The position numbers were made by a program, and so were the translations under genes. Positions 1 to 14,965 of a DNA stretch of 64,000 nucleotides are shown piece after piece. Within the stretch, counting starts at the first letter, position 1. Each line of letters opens with the position of its first letter. The stretch spans positions 40,224,001 to 40,288,000 of the forward strand of contig CP068257.2 of NCBI GenBank assembly GCA_009914755.4, in the 5' to 3' direction. This DNA comes from the human T2T-CHM13v2.0 reference genome, Homo sapiens. The notes below the pieces were generated by a model. The model ran no database searches. It saw only the letters and a list, made by a program, of their open reading frames with translations, and was not told where the DNA came from.

Positions 1-1780
1 GAACATCTCAGGGGAAGAGGTGGTGCGATGCAGGTCCCTGGCGCTCTGCGGGTTCTAGGTGACTAACAAAGGCCAGCACCTGGCCTAACAGCACCTCTGG
101 CTGACAGGAAGCTGCTGCTGCCTTAGCCGCTTCTAGTACTTTGTTTTATTTGGGTCCAGAGAAATAGTTGAAAATATCAGAGGGCAATGCCTCTTCCTCA
201 ACCTTGAGTCTGCCTCACCAGAGCGCCTTAGCTGGTAGCATCACTCTTGGGAACCCCGAAACCCTCGCCTGCTACACTCCTGCAGGACTGCGGGGACCCC
301 AAGGGGAGGTTCGCAAACAAGATGAAGGTTCATCTGTCTGGCCGGGGCTGCGTTAAGTGGAAGTCTTCAGGGGACTGTGCCCCAGGTTTCTTGGGAATTC
401 TTGTGATAGGAGGGCTTAAAATGCAGGAGGTGCGGCACACTGGAAATTCATCCAGAAGCTTCTGGAGGCCACCTCATGCCAGACATGGATCCTTCAGAGC
501 TGCTAAAGCTTAGGCAAAACATGACTCATTCCTGCCCCTCAGAACAGTCCAACCCCAGGAAGAAGGCATCAGGGAGGAAGAACCAACCCTGGTTTCAAAT
601 AGGAGCCCTCAGAGTAGAACTAGCCAACCCCACCAAGGGCCCCCTGCGCCCAGCAGCTACCGCAAGGGAGCAGGGCCTCTCACATGGCCCATGTGCGGCA
701 GCCCTGGTCAGAGCCCCTGGGAGTCCGCTGCTGCAGGTGCCCTGTTCTCAACACAGGGGCGGGTGGCACCTTAACAAGAACAACACAGAGATGCAAGTGA
801 CAGACACAGAGCAGGCGGACAAGGACGGGGTGGGCGTCGAAGGCTAACCTGGTAGGTCTCTAAGCCGACTGCCGCCGGGCCCCCCCTCTCCAGGGTGTGC
901 TATGAGTCCTAGAGAGAGGGGGACACAAAGGCAACAGTGACTCACCCCTCTGTGCCCCGCTGGGGACCCCCACTGCTTGGGCCTCCAGTGCCACCCACCA
1001 CTGGGAATGGGGAAGGCGTGACTCCCACATCCCAGAGGGTGCACGTCATCACTGCAGAATACAGGGGCGTCCTCGGGTCACGTGGAGAAGCGCAGCCGGC
1101 AGGACGGCCTTGGCTTTCCTTTGGTCTGTTTACTTGCCAGCAGCAAATTCGGCCAGAGAGACAGGGGCCTCAGACGCCCCCCAGGCCCGAAGAGGCCACC
1201 TCTCCACTACAGGCTGGTCCAGGCACACCCGGCTTCAGGCCTCACACAAGGAAAATGCTTTATTTTTGGAAGCTGGTGCACACAAGCAGGCTCAGAACAA
1301 AAAGAATGCGTGCAGGGGCAACCCCGTTCCACCCTGGACGCCGCAGGAGATATGGATGGAGGAGGGCTCGCGGTTAGGAACAACCTTTGCAAGCAAGCGA
1401 GGAGCGCTCACACTCCTCCAGCCATTATCCTGATCTTTTCCTTTCTTCCTCAGACGGCCCTAGAAAACATTGGACACTGCTGCTCCCTGTTTTTAGCCAG
1501 AACGGCCCCCGGCTTTACAATGCTCTCAGTGTGGGGCCATACGCAGCTCGGCTGACAAATGCAGGAAGAAAATCAATCCCTTTTTACTGGAAAGTTTCCA
1601 TCTGTGTATCTTTAGGGTAACAACTGCTTTGAAGCAAAATGGACAGAGGGAAATGTTAAAAGTGAGGCTGTCTATTCATGAAAACAATCTTTACTTTGGC
1701 CTAAAGTTCCACGGTCTCCGCGGCGTATCTAGAATCCGTACCGCACAGCGGCCGAGGGGAGACGTGACCGGCGCCCTCAC

Positions 1781-1868
1781 CTGTCCTGCAGTTGTGGAAC
1801 TCCAGCGCGCTCTCGATGCGGAAGGTCTTCTCACAAGTGCCGCAGCGGTACCTGTACTCGCCGTCCAC
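1781..1868 (-). CDS. PRDM15: Atypical zinc-finger exon ([29 protein letters not shown])
   Basis: The acceptor is tccctctgaccag|GTGGAC and the donor is ggacag|gtgagg. The exon is 88 nt. It contains C-x2-C-x12-H-x-C (HNC). The next exon is to the left, outside the window. Confidence 0.75.
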
Positions 1869-2149
1869 CTGGTCAGAGGGACACGCCGTGAGTGAGATGG
1901 CCCAGCGCAGAGTCCACAGATGCCGAGCCCCCGACGTGCTGCCCGGGCGACTCCACGCCTGGGTCTGTTATGACTCTGACCTCCACCACCCTCCCGCTCT
2001 ATTTAGGAACACAAAGGATGTTTGCTCTTGCTGTTCACCTGCCCTAGAAAGGGAACTCCACACTCAGGGAGCCCCACTCCAAGCACCAAACACCCCTATT
2101 CTCCTGACTCTTCCTGCTGCGCTTGTGGGCATCTGACCAGGACGAGGGG

Positions 2150-2460
2150 CTGACAGGTGGCCCAGGGACGCCAGGACACCCACAGCCCTCACCTGCTCTC
2201 ATCCCTCCTGGGACTCTCTTCTCAGGGACGCTTGGACACCCACAGCCCTCACCCGCTCTCATCCCTCCTGGGACTCTCCCTTCTCAGGGACACCTGGGCA
2301 CCCACAGCCCTCGCCCACTCTCCTCCCTCCCCCACAGGGTTTGGCCGCTCTCCTCCCTCCCCCACAGGCCTCGCCCGCTCTCCTCCCTCCCCCACAGGCC
2401 TCGCCCGCTCTCCTCCCTCCCCCACAGCCCCCGCCCACTCTCCTCCCTCCTGGGATTCTT
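2150..2460. repeat. Compound minisatellite: a ~62-bp unit x ~2.5, then a ~30-bp unit (gcccgctctcctccctcccccacaggcctc) x ~5
   Basis: Near-identical tandem copies are visible directly (gggacgccaggacacccacagccctcacctgctctcatccctcctgggactctc.. repeated, then gcccgctctcctccctcccccacagg.. repeated). It lies in the PRDM15 intron starting ~85 bp downstream of the donor of exon 2547-2641. Confidence 0.9.
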
Positions 2461-2471
2461 TCTTCTCATTA

Positions 2472-2669
<198 letters not shown>

Positions 2670-2788
2670 TCACTACTTAGAGCATTTACCGAGAGAAGCA
2701 TGCCCACCGGGGAAATGCCCCACAAGCCGCCTCGCTCCCACCATGCGAAGGAGCTGCAGAGAAGATCGCCCACAAATGCAGCCTCTCA

Positions 2789-3349
<561 letters not shown>

Positions 3350-4348
3350 TCAATTTGTGCCTCAATTAGAATAACCACACCTGTTTTCTGCTCCTGTCAC
3401 TCTGTCTTAACTCTTCTCTGTTTTACATATTATCTGAACCTGATTTTCAAAACTTCTTTTCCCTGTTAAATGTATTTTTGATGGTAAGCCACCTGAACTC
3501 TTCTGGGCAATAAGACAAAGTATAAATAAATAAACAGGTAACATCATTTCTGATATTACTTTTGCCAACTATAAGAGGTGATCCGAAAAGGGCCAAAAAG
3601 AAGTGACCACCAACTTACTCAACTCCATGGTAAAAATGACCCAAGAATCGTAACTAAAACACAGGGCAAGCTGTTATATTTACTGAAATTCAAATAGCAA
3701 AGTATTTTACCACAGCAGCGTCACGAAAGCTAGAAGCAACCCAACTGTCCATCAATGGATGCATGGAAACACAAAATATGGGGCATATGCATGATGGTAT
3801 ATTACTCAGTGTTGAAGGAAATTCTGACACAGGCTACACATGGATGAGCCGGGGTAGAATAAGCCAGTCACATAAGGACAAATCCTGTCTGATTCCACTT
3901 ATAAGACATCTCTAGAGTCATCAAATCCACAGAGACAGAAAGTAGAATGGTGGGTGCCAGGGGCTGGGGGAGGGGGCTGGAGCGGGTGCTTAGTGCGGAC
4001 AGCGTTTCAGCTTGGGAAGACGGGAAAGTTCCACAGATGGATGGGGGAGATGATTGCCCAACAGTGTGAACATCCTGAATGCCACTAAATTGTGCACTTA
4101 AACATGGTTAAAATGGTTAAATTTATGCATATTTAACCAAAATAAAGCATTTTTCTAAAGCTGTTTTCACAGTGGATGCACCATTAAACTCCTGAGCTCC
4201 AGAACATTCCTGCTGCCTCCTCAGCAGGTCTGTTTCCATCTCCTTCCCTGGGGCTTTCCTGCTGGGAAGGTGCCTTCCCTCCAGAATGGCCTGGCTGCTG
4301 CCAGCACTGTCTGTCCACAGGACGGCCCCAGGTGCCAGGCAGGACTTA

Positions 4349-4606
<258 letters not shown>

Positions 4607-5913
4607 TTACAGAGGGGAAAAAAAAAACTGTCAATATTTTGGGATCCACACATTTACTAATACAAACAGAAAAGCAAAATGTTTTTCTTAGCCTAAACTG
4701 AAGTTATAATTTGTTATTCTTTTTAAAAACCACAACATCATAACATTACTTCAATCCCTCTTCATACCAACCAAAAACATTTTGGATATATAGCAGAAAC
4801 TTCGAACTTACTACATCAATTCTGACAGAGTTTTAGAAATGTTAATGTTTCTAATTAAATGTGCCAACATTAGTAAAACCATTTTAGCTAACCATTTTGT
4901 ATAAGAGTTAAAGATCACATCATCGCCAATACTGGAGACCCTGGCCAGAAACCCAAGATAAATGAAATAGGGGAAGATTACACAAAAAAATTCAACCACT
5001 GGTTTCTACCACTTTGCCTACTAAATGTCTTCTCAACACAAGTAAGAATTAGTGAAATATCTACCTGACACGCTTTCCCCCGCCCCCATCTTCTCTGCCT
5101 ATTCACAGAGACCTGGGGAAACTGGCCAGGGGGCTTTCAGGCGCTCCTAAATCAGCGCCCAACAGTGCACAGCCTAGAAGCTGCAGACCCACAGCAGAAA
5201 AGGGGAGGCTCAGAATATTCCACAATGGCTGCTCTTCCCAATTGTCTCTAATTAATAGAAGCAATAAGGACTCCTTTTCACTCTCATAAAAGAAATCCTG
5301 GTGTATCCCAGACAGTAAAAAGAAAAACTGCCCAGTGTCAGTAACAAATGTGAAGGGGCCAGTGGCTGAGCATCAGATCTCATCCTCACTGTGAGGCCCA
5401 CGAGGCGTGTGCTGCAGGTGGCTTGGATGGGGGCTGTGTGAGGACCACAGGGACAAGAGCCTTACAGAGACCACACACCCTGGAAGAGGGTCAAATGCCT
5501 CTTCAAACCCAACTGAGGATACTGCACAATCAAAGGATGAGCCCTAGACAGGTCCTGGGAGCAACTCAGTGCCCACCCACAGGTGATGGACCAAGCACTG
5601 TTCAGCAATCCAGGAGAAGGAGCCACAGATAAACCACGTGGGCGGGTCTCGAGGCTGTAAGCTGCCTGAAGGAGGCAGACAGAGTCCATTCGTGAGAAAT
5701 TCCAGGATGGGTGGAATGAACTCGTACAGAAGACAGTCAGGAAAGTGGCTAACGAGACAGAAATGTCCTCTACCCTGACGGGGGTGCTGATTTCACAGCT
5801 GTATCCATTTGTCAAAATTCACACCCTGTATCCTTTTTAGTGTGACATGTATTACATGGAAATTGTACTTTACTAGAGTTGATTGAGAGAAAAACAGACG
5901 GGCTTAGAGTCTA

Positions 5914-6300
<387 letters not shown>

Positions 6301-6580
6301 TTAGGAAGCCTGCCACCGTCCACACCCACCCTGGCCTCTGGTTCCTATGTGTGTGTGTTTTCAATCTTGTTTGCCAACCTTTGTATAGGCAAGTGAACTT
6401 TATTTCTACTGTTTTATTTCCTCTGCATCAAACACAACTGCTATTTTGAAAAGTAAATTAAGTGGTAAAAGCAAGGGTAGGTTCACCATGAGGGCAGTTT
6501 AGTGAAAAAAGCAGACATACACACACACATATGTCTGCAAAGCAAAAACCTGAGAAGGAGATATCAAAATATGAATGTGT

Positions 6581-6936
<356 letters not shown>

Positions 6937-8897
6937 CTATGTAACAATCCAGAGTGCATGGAAGGACCACTGTAGGGGCAGGGGAGAAAAGAAGATTCCT
7001 TGCTAAAGAGCTTACCAAAACAACAACAACAAAAGCAAGAAAAGTCCCAAGAAAACTAAAAAATTAAGCAATAAGCCATCAGGGCGTCAGCAGACACATA
7101 CACACAAACTCAAGAAGAATGGAATTCCTAGATAATAACACAAGCTGAGAGGAGAAAACTGGGGGAAAATACATTTAAATGAATAAAGAAGGGTTAAAAA
7201 ACACATATTAAAAAAAAGCAAGGGCATGCTGAAATATAACAAGCGGTTATGAAAAATAACCAAATAAAACTTATATAAAATAAAAAGGAGGCCCAAAATA
7301 AAAACACAATGTGTCGTATTAAACAAAAAATTAGACACAACTGAAGAGAGAACTCATAAAGTAAAATGAAGAGCTGCAAAGATTACCCAGAATGTAGAAA
7401 AGAGACAAGGAGCTAGAAAAATATGAGCAGGAGCTAAGAAGACATGAAGTGTAATATAACAAGAAGGTCTAAAACATGTACAATAGGACACAGAGAAAAT
7501 AGGGAAGGAGGGCTAAACAATGAGCAAGATAAGGGTGGGGGATTATCCAGAATGAATGAAAGACATGACTCTTCAGATTCAAGATCTGTAACAGGGAAAA
7601 CAAATAAAAATAAAGACATAAATGATGACTCTGTTATAAATTGCAGAACTCCAAAGACAGAGGAGGTTTCAAAAGCAACCAAGTACAAAGCAGTGATTAC
7701 CTATGAAGGAACAACTGCAGTGACAGCAGACTTACCAAGAATAATAATGGAAGGCATAAAGTAGCATAACAACATCCCCAATGTGCAGAAAGAGAATAAG
7801 AATAAACCCAAAATTCAATATCCGGTGAAAACCGTTTCCAGTGCAGATGGTTAAAGAAAGATATTTTGAGACAAAGACTGAAAAGATTGCCCCAGAGGAA
7901 ATTCTGAAAGGCAATAAGAGTGATTTTAGATTGAGGGTCAGAAATATAAAACAAAGGGAACTAAAGTTAAAAAAAAAAGAAAAGCCATACATAAGGAAAT
8001 TAGCAAACATCATTCTAGACAATTACAAATTCAAACAGGAAAAACAGAGCAAATTAGAAAATACTTAGAACTAAAATATGGGAGGAAGAGAGCCCACACA
8101 TCAAAGAGATGTATATATACTCTACTTGTTAGATGCGGCATTGTAAATATACTTATTAAATCAATTGTGTTAACTGTGTGCTTCAAATCTGTATCCCTGT
8201 GATTTTTTAGTCTGATTTATAAATTAAGATGTATGTATTAAAAGCTCCCACTACAGAGGCAGATTTTTCTATTTCTCCTCGTAGATCTGCCAATTTTTGC
8301 TTATTATTAGACTATGTTATTAAGTGCATATAAACTCAGATGCACTGTATCATCAAAATGTGGAATGCAGCTAACATGGTTCTTAAGAAAAAATCATCTG
8401 AAATGCTTACATGAGAAAATAAAACAGCTGGAAAGTAATGAGTTAAGCATCCAACTTGTTAGAAAGGCACAGAATGAAAAGTATAAAAAGCAAATAATAA
8501 ATAAGAGCAGAAATAAAGTAAATATACAATAAAAAGGATCAACAAAGCCAAAAGTGGGTGCTTTGAAAAGACTAATGATATTGATAAGTCTGGCAAGAAA
8601 AAATAGAGAATGCAGAAATAACCAGTCCTAGCTGCAAAAGAGAAAACAGCAGCTCTCTGTAACCACTCGTCCCCACCTATTATCGCCTTTCCATTTTTTA
8701 GTATTAGATAGCATCTATTATTTAACATGGAGGAGAAGGATTTAGCTTTCTTATAGACTATACTCTCCCTCCCAAATGCTTATCTTCTCCACAATCTCAC
8801 CAACATATTTATATCACTATTTTGGGGTAAATCAATAATCAGTGTATTCATAATTATGACCATAAAAATGTATTCACAACTGCACCAATATATGTTT

Positions 8898-9203
8898 ATG
8901 ATTCTTTTTTTGTTTGTTTGTTTTTGAGACGGAGTCTCGCTCTGTTGCCAGGCTGGAGTGCAGTGTGCGATCTCGGCTCACTATAACCTCCGCCTCCCAG
9001 GTTCAAGCGATTCTCCTGCCCCAGCCTCCTGAGTAGCTGGGACTACAAGCGTGCACCACCGTGCCCAGCTAATTTTTGTATTTTTAGTAGAGACAGGGTT
9101 TCACCATGTTGGCCAGGATGGTCTTGATCTCTTGACCTCGTGATCTGCCTGCCTCGGCCTCCCAAAGTGTTGGGATTACAGCCATGAGCCACTACGCCTG
9201 GCC
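8898..9203 (-). mobile_element. Alu SINE
   Basis: Reverse-complement Alu (poly-T then gagacggagtctcgctctgttgcc ... ggattacagccatgagccac). Confidence 0.95.
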
Positions 9204-9498
9204 TTTTTTTTTTTTTTGAGACGGAGTCTCACTCTGTCGCCCAGGATGGGTGCAGTGGTGCAATCTCGGCTCACTACAACCCTTGCTTCCCAGGTTCAAG
9301 ACATTCTCCTGTCTCAGCCTCCCAGGTATCTGGGACTACAGGCATGCACCACCACACCTGGCTAATTTTTGTATTTTTAGTAGAGATGCGGTTTCACCAT
9401 GATGGCCAGGCTGGTCTCAAACTCCTGACCTCAGGTGATCCACCTGCCTCAGCCTCCCAAAGTGCTGCCATTACAGGTGTGAGCCACCGTGTCTGGCC
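9204..9498 (-). mobile_element. Alu SINE in tandem with the previous one, followed by a (GTTT)n tract at 9500-9545
   Basis: Poly-T then gagacggagtctcactctgtcgcccagg ... ttacaggtgtgagccaccgtg. Confidence 0.95.
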
Positions 9499-10227
9499 TG
9501 ATTTTTTTGTTTTTTTGTTTGTTTTTTTGTTTGTTTGTTTGTTTTAAGTATATCTATAACCTTTGTTTTCTCTGGAGTTAATTAATGCCTTACTTTTTAT
9601 TAATAACATTTGCTTATTTTTTTCCTGTGTTTATATTACTAATTGAGACTTAAACTCTGCCAGAAGTATAACTCTTTCCTCTACAAACACATCAGTTAAT
9701 GCTCGATTTCTTTTCCTTTTTGGGCCATTCTTCCTGGAGCCCTTGCTGCTGCTCCAATCTGGACCAGTTATCTATCCTTGAACTAGGGAACGTCTCTTGT
9801 CCTACAATCTCCTTCGACAGCAACCTGGGCATTCCCTTTGCTCCTTTCCCTCAAAGGATCCTCTATTGTATCCTACACGCAGAGGACATGTGCCATCTTT
9901 TCTGGCCATCCAGCACTGTGAAACATCCTTGTGATGTTTCGCCAACTTCTGAGCCCCACCTTTCCCAAAACACTCCTTTCCCAAACTCTCCTGCCCTGAA
10001 TGCAGGTTTGTGCCATAGCTCTGTGAGCAATGTGAGGCTGCAGGGGGCCTGAGAACACATTTTCTGGCATGGTGAAGGCATTGGGCTTTCAGAGACAGCA
10101 CAAGTTTGGCCCTGAGGCCACCGTCAGTATGGGTGGCAATGTCCCTGCCATGTGGGCCTGTCTGGGACAGCCTTGTTATGGAATCCTGAGCAACAGAGCA
10201 AGACCCTGTCTGTACAATTAGACCTGT

Positions 10228-10400
10228 TGACATTCACCTGTAGTTCCAGCTACTTGGGAGGTCAAAATGAGAGGATCATTTGAGCCCATGAGTTTGAGGC
10301 TGCAATGAGCTAAGATCACACCATCGCATTCCTGCCTGGGTGACAGGGCAAGACCTTGTATTGTTAAAAAAAAAAAAAAAAAAAAGAAAGAAAGAAAGTT
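10228..10400 (+). mobile_element. Partial Alu (right arm) with a poly(A)/(GAAA)n tail
   Basis: cctgtagttccagctacttgggaggtcaaaatgagagg ... ctgggtgacagggcaagacc followed by an A-rich tail. Confidence 0.85.
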
Positions 10401-10789
10401 TAAATTCAGAGCACTGGTGGTTTGGTTTGGAAGTTACCCAACTTGAAAGAAGAAGCAAAAATCTGTCAAATTTGATTCTAAAACTACAAAACCTCTTCAA
10501 TAGCCCTTCCAACACTTCCTACACCAACTCACAAAAGGCAGCTTCACATCCCTTGAGATCAGAGAGGAAATGAGACAAATGGACACCGTTTGCCTCATTA
10601 GAACAGCAGCACTGAAAGAGCCAAGTGAAGTCCCTTCTCTGAAGGCTTGTGCAGAACCCGTCTGTCATGTGGCTCTGGGACAGCGCTCAGTGCCAGTCCA
10701 CTGAGGATATCCAAAGTGGCATGTGGCACCTCCGCCCTCAAGAGAACACACAACCCCTCAGCCCAAAAAAGAGAAACACAGTCCCTCCT

Positions 10790-10824
10790 ATCTCAGGGAG
10801 GTGACACAGCCCCTCCCCCCTCAC

Positions 10825-10870
<46 letters not shown>

Positions 10871-10945
10871 CCCCTCCCCCCTCACAGGGACACACACACA
10901 GTCCCTCCCCCCTCACAGGGACACACACAGCCCCTCCCCCCTCAC

Positions 10946-10978
<33 letters not shown>

Positions 10979-11111
10979 GCCCCTCCCCCCTCACAGGGAC
11001 ACATACAGCCCCTCCCCCTCACAGGGACACACAGCCCCTCCCCCCTCACAGAGACACACATACACAGTCCCTCCCCCCTCACAGGGACACACACAGCCCC
11101 TCCTCCATCAC

Positions 11112-11164
<53 letters not shown>

Positions 11165-11710
11165 CCCTTCCCCCTCACAGGGACACACACAGTCCCTCCC
11201 CCCTCACAGGGACACACACAGCCCCTCCCCCCTCACAGGGACACACAGCCCCTCCCCCTCACAAGGACACACACAGCCCCTCCCCCTCACAGGGACACAC
11301 ACAGCCTCTCCCCCCACACAGGGACACACAGCCCCTCCCCCCTCACAGGGACACACACAGCCCCTCCCCCCTCACAGGGACACACAGCCCCTCCCCCCTC
11401 ACAGGGACACACACAGCCCCTCCCCCCTCGCAGGGACACACAGCCCCTCCCCCTCACAGGGACACACAGCCCCTCCCCCCTCACAGGGACACACACACAC
11501 AGCCCCTCCCCCCTCACAGGGACACACACACACAGCCCCTCCCCCCCTCACAGGGACACACACAGCCCCTCCCCCCTCACAGGGACACACAGCCCCTCCC
11601 CCCTCACAGGGACACACACAGCCCCTCCCCCCTCGCAGGGACACACAGCCCCTCCCCCTCACAGGGACACACAGCCCCTCCCCCTCACAGGGACACACAG
11701 CCCCTCCCCG
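10790..11710. repeat. ~0.9 kb minisatellite of (CA)n plus cccctcccccctcacagggacacacacag units, with a period of ~37-40 bp and embedded long (CA)n runs
   Basis: Dozens of near-identical units are visible (..cacagggacacacacagcccctcccccctcacagggac..). All the long ORFs here (10647..11874 on plus, 10942..11698 on minus) are repeat artefacts (TH/PS/CVC low-complexity). Confidence 0.95.
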
Positions 11711-12782
11711 TTCACAGGCCGGCCTTTGGGGCTGCTCCTCAGTCTCCTTCCTGGGCTCTGCTTTCCACTTCTAGGCTCCTGAGCCATGGATGTTCCCAAG
11801 AAGCCCCCCAGCGAGAGGCTGCCGCAGAAGGCAGAGCCGTCACCTGGAAGGAATGCTCAGGACCCCTCCGGTAATCTGGGTGGCAGAGGCCGGGCTGCCC
11901 GAGTACCTGGCTCCAGCCCTCAAGGCTGCCGTGCTGTGGGCAGGGACTCCTGCCTCTGTTTACTCATCCCTGAAATGGAGCCACGGTTGTACCTCATGGT
12001 GTTGACTCAAGGAAGTTTCTGGAGGACCTGGCACTGAAGGGTCTTAGTCACCATCAGCCTAATTGTAAGGGGAGCCCGAGTACCACGTCTTACGTAGTTG
12101 ATGACATACAAGTAGAATTTCACTGAAAATATGAAGGAATTTCTTTTTTCTTCACTCAAAACTAGTTATTAAGAAGAAACACAAATGAGCAGCAACGTCT
12201 GTCTGGCTTTGTGGAGGGGACCACCTGGCGCAAGCAGCACCCTCCCACTGTGAAGCACCTACCATGGGTCTCCATGAGGTCCGGGGCGTGCTCTGCACAA
12301 ACACGGCGTTTCTAGAAAACCCAGCTGCCCTGCTCTGCTATTTATGTCTTGGTGACAAACACAAAATACTTCTCACCAAGCAGAGGGCGAAATGACACAT
12401 TCGTAAATTCATTAAAGCCAAGATGAGTAGGATGTCTCAGGAACGTGTGACCAGGTAGCTAAAGTCTGCTGGTGTCAGCACAGTGGCTGTCCCAGTCACT
12501 CCTCACAACTGCACTGCCTGGAACCCCACCAGGCCTGGGGCCTCTGAGCACGTTCCACATGTGACGAATGCCACAAACTGTTTCTACGTGATTCCCCCAT
12601 GGTTTATTTGATGCGAGTCTTTCTTCACTACAGATTAGCCTCCTAAGACTTGTGGAAAAATCAGCTCCCTAAGAGAAATAAACAGAAAGTTCCCAGAGCA
12701 CTGCAGAAGCTGGAAATGTGTTCAATTCTCTCCCGGCCACCTTAAATTGGAATCTCAACCTGAGTAGATAAAAATGTTCTGC

Positions 12783-13072
12783 AGGCTGGGCACGGTGGCT
12801 CACGCCTGTAAACCCAGTACTTTGGGAGGCCGAGGCAGACGGACCGCTTGAGCCCAGCAGACTGAGCCAGCCTGGGTGAAACCCTGTCTCTACAATAAAT
12901 ATACAGAAGTTTGCTGGGCGTGGTGGCACATGTCTGTGGTCCCAGCTACTCAGGAGGCTGAGGTGGGAGGATCGCTTGAGCCTGTCAGGTCAAGGCTGCA
13001 GTGAGCCACGATCATGCCACTGCACTCCAGCCTGGACAACAGAGCCAGACCTTGTCTCAAAAAAAGAAAACA
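12783..13072 (+). mobile_element. Alu SINE
   Basis: ggctgggcacggtggctcacgcctgtaaacccag ... cagcctggacaacagagccagaccttgtctcaaaaaaa. Confidence 0.95.
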
Positions 13073-13320
13073 GTGTCTGTCAGATAAAGAAACAATGGAA
13101 GGGGCTGTCAAGTAGAGACAACAAAGGCAAGAGTGCACAACACATGCCACGGCTGGCTCCTGGCCCCTGGCCCCTGCCAGTGCTCCAGAGTCAAGGCGCC
13201 CAGCTGAAATGCAACTTCCCAACCAGGAGGAGTGAGGAGTGAGGCCTGCAGGGGTCGGGGGTGGGAAGCGGGACTGCCCAGAAGCTTTAAACCCTGAGAA
13301 AGCCTTGGTTCTGGCGACTA

Positions 13321-13596
<276 letters not shown>

Positions 13597-13704
13597 TCAT
13601 ATGTCTCCATGAATCCCGGCGCAGCGGAGGAGGGGTGTGTGCTGAGAGGCGGTGATGACAGTGATGACGGCAGCAGACGGGCCTGTGGTCACTCCACATG
13701 ACAG

Positions 13705-13880
13705 ACACCATTTTCAGAGCTTTACACACATGGCTGATACGGTCGTGTGACTGTCCCCTTTTCACAGATGAGGCAACTGAGCACAGAGACACGCCTGTTG
13801 CAGGGTCACCAGTCACAGAGCTGAGAACTCCTCCAAGAAGCCAGTCCAGAGGGACCAGGCTCATCCCTTATATGACTTCA
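13705..13880 (-). mobile_element. MIR SINE fragment
   Basis: It contains the MIR core in reverse orientation: cccttttcacagatgaggcaactgagcacagaga ... gtcaccagtcacagagctgag. Confidence 0.7.
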
Positions 13881-14769
13881 TGAGAAAAGTGCATTCCTCA
13901 AGAACCAAGTGTAATTCCTCATCTCTCACTGGCTCATAGAATAAGAGACAGTGGAACCCAAAACGGCCAGCCAGTGGCGCCCCCGTGTGTGGCTGGGCTG
14001 CTGCTCCCGCCCAGCGCTATCCGGCAGAGCTTTCTGTGGATGACTGACGTGCTCCACAGCTGGTATCCAGCAAGGCAGCCACTAACCAGATGTGGCTCAT
14101 GTTCCAGGAAATAAGTGTTTAATTTTACTAACTTTGAACTTAATTTTAAATAGGCACCTGAGGTAGGGGGCCGCTATCCCAGGAAGCACCTCTATCCCTC
14201 AGTCCATGCCACACAGGAATCTGGGGAGGGAGAGCTAAGCTGGGGGTACATGGCATGCGGTGTAAGCCTGGCTATAAAGAGAACTACAGGCACCTTTTAA
14301 CAAAAAAGTCACTGATGCTCTTGTGCAACCTACAATTGGGAGGCGTTTTAAGTGAGTGTACCATGATCTGGCCCAGGCCAGTTTCTCTACACCTCGTCTG
14401 GCAGCTCTGGGGGCTGGCCCAGGGCAGGACCCCTGCCCATCACTTCGACTCTAATCACGATACAGCCTGCATTGAAGTTCATCACCCACGGCAAACTCCA
14501 GGGGCCACTCACAAAGACAAACTCCTGGGTCTTTAAAAAAATAATCCAGAAGTACAACTGCATATGCATTCAGTACTAGAAAAAAACATGTATCTTTTCA
14601 TATCCAAAACCAGCACTAAGGATGCAATGAATGAAGGAAAAAGATATAGGTTACTGCTATCACCCTGTGCATGTATGTTCTGAGTTTTCATAAGATAACA
14701 AGAAGAAAGAGGCATAAATGCAATATGAAATTTTTTGTCATACTAAAAATAAAGAAAGAGCAGAAAACG

Positions 14770-14965
14770 GTGTGGGGGGCACCCTGCCAGCAGGGCATTT
14801 TTCTGGGACACCCCATCCCCACCAGCTTCTGCTCCCTTTTACGCTTGCTCTCTGAGAATCCGCTGCTTGAAGAATCCCAAAAGATCAAGGACAAATGGAA
14901 ATCAGAGCCAAATTCCCATTTCCCACTCACCTTCCCAAACATACATGGGTTCCAAAGAGAGAAAA
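14770..14965 (+). repeat. Left arm of a ~190-bp inverted-repeat pair (partner at 16460-16655)
   Basis: Hand alignment of 14782-14960 against the reverse complement of 16463-16640 is contiguous at roughly 85% identity (e.g. caccagcttctgctcccttttacgcttgctctctgagaatccgctgcttgaagaatccca vs caccagcttctgttcccttttagactcgctctgagaatccgctgcttgaagaatccca). The outer ends of both arms are the motif gtgtggggggcacc / ggtgcccccccacac. Confidence 0.8.

Noticed and set aside
10647-11874. 375- and 383-aa plus-strand ORFs (THTHTH.. / PSPSQGHT..) and several minus ORFs (CVCVCV..)
   Set aside because: They are entirely contained in the (CA)n/C-rich minisatellite and are periodic low-complexity, not coding.
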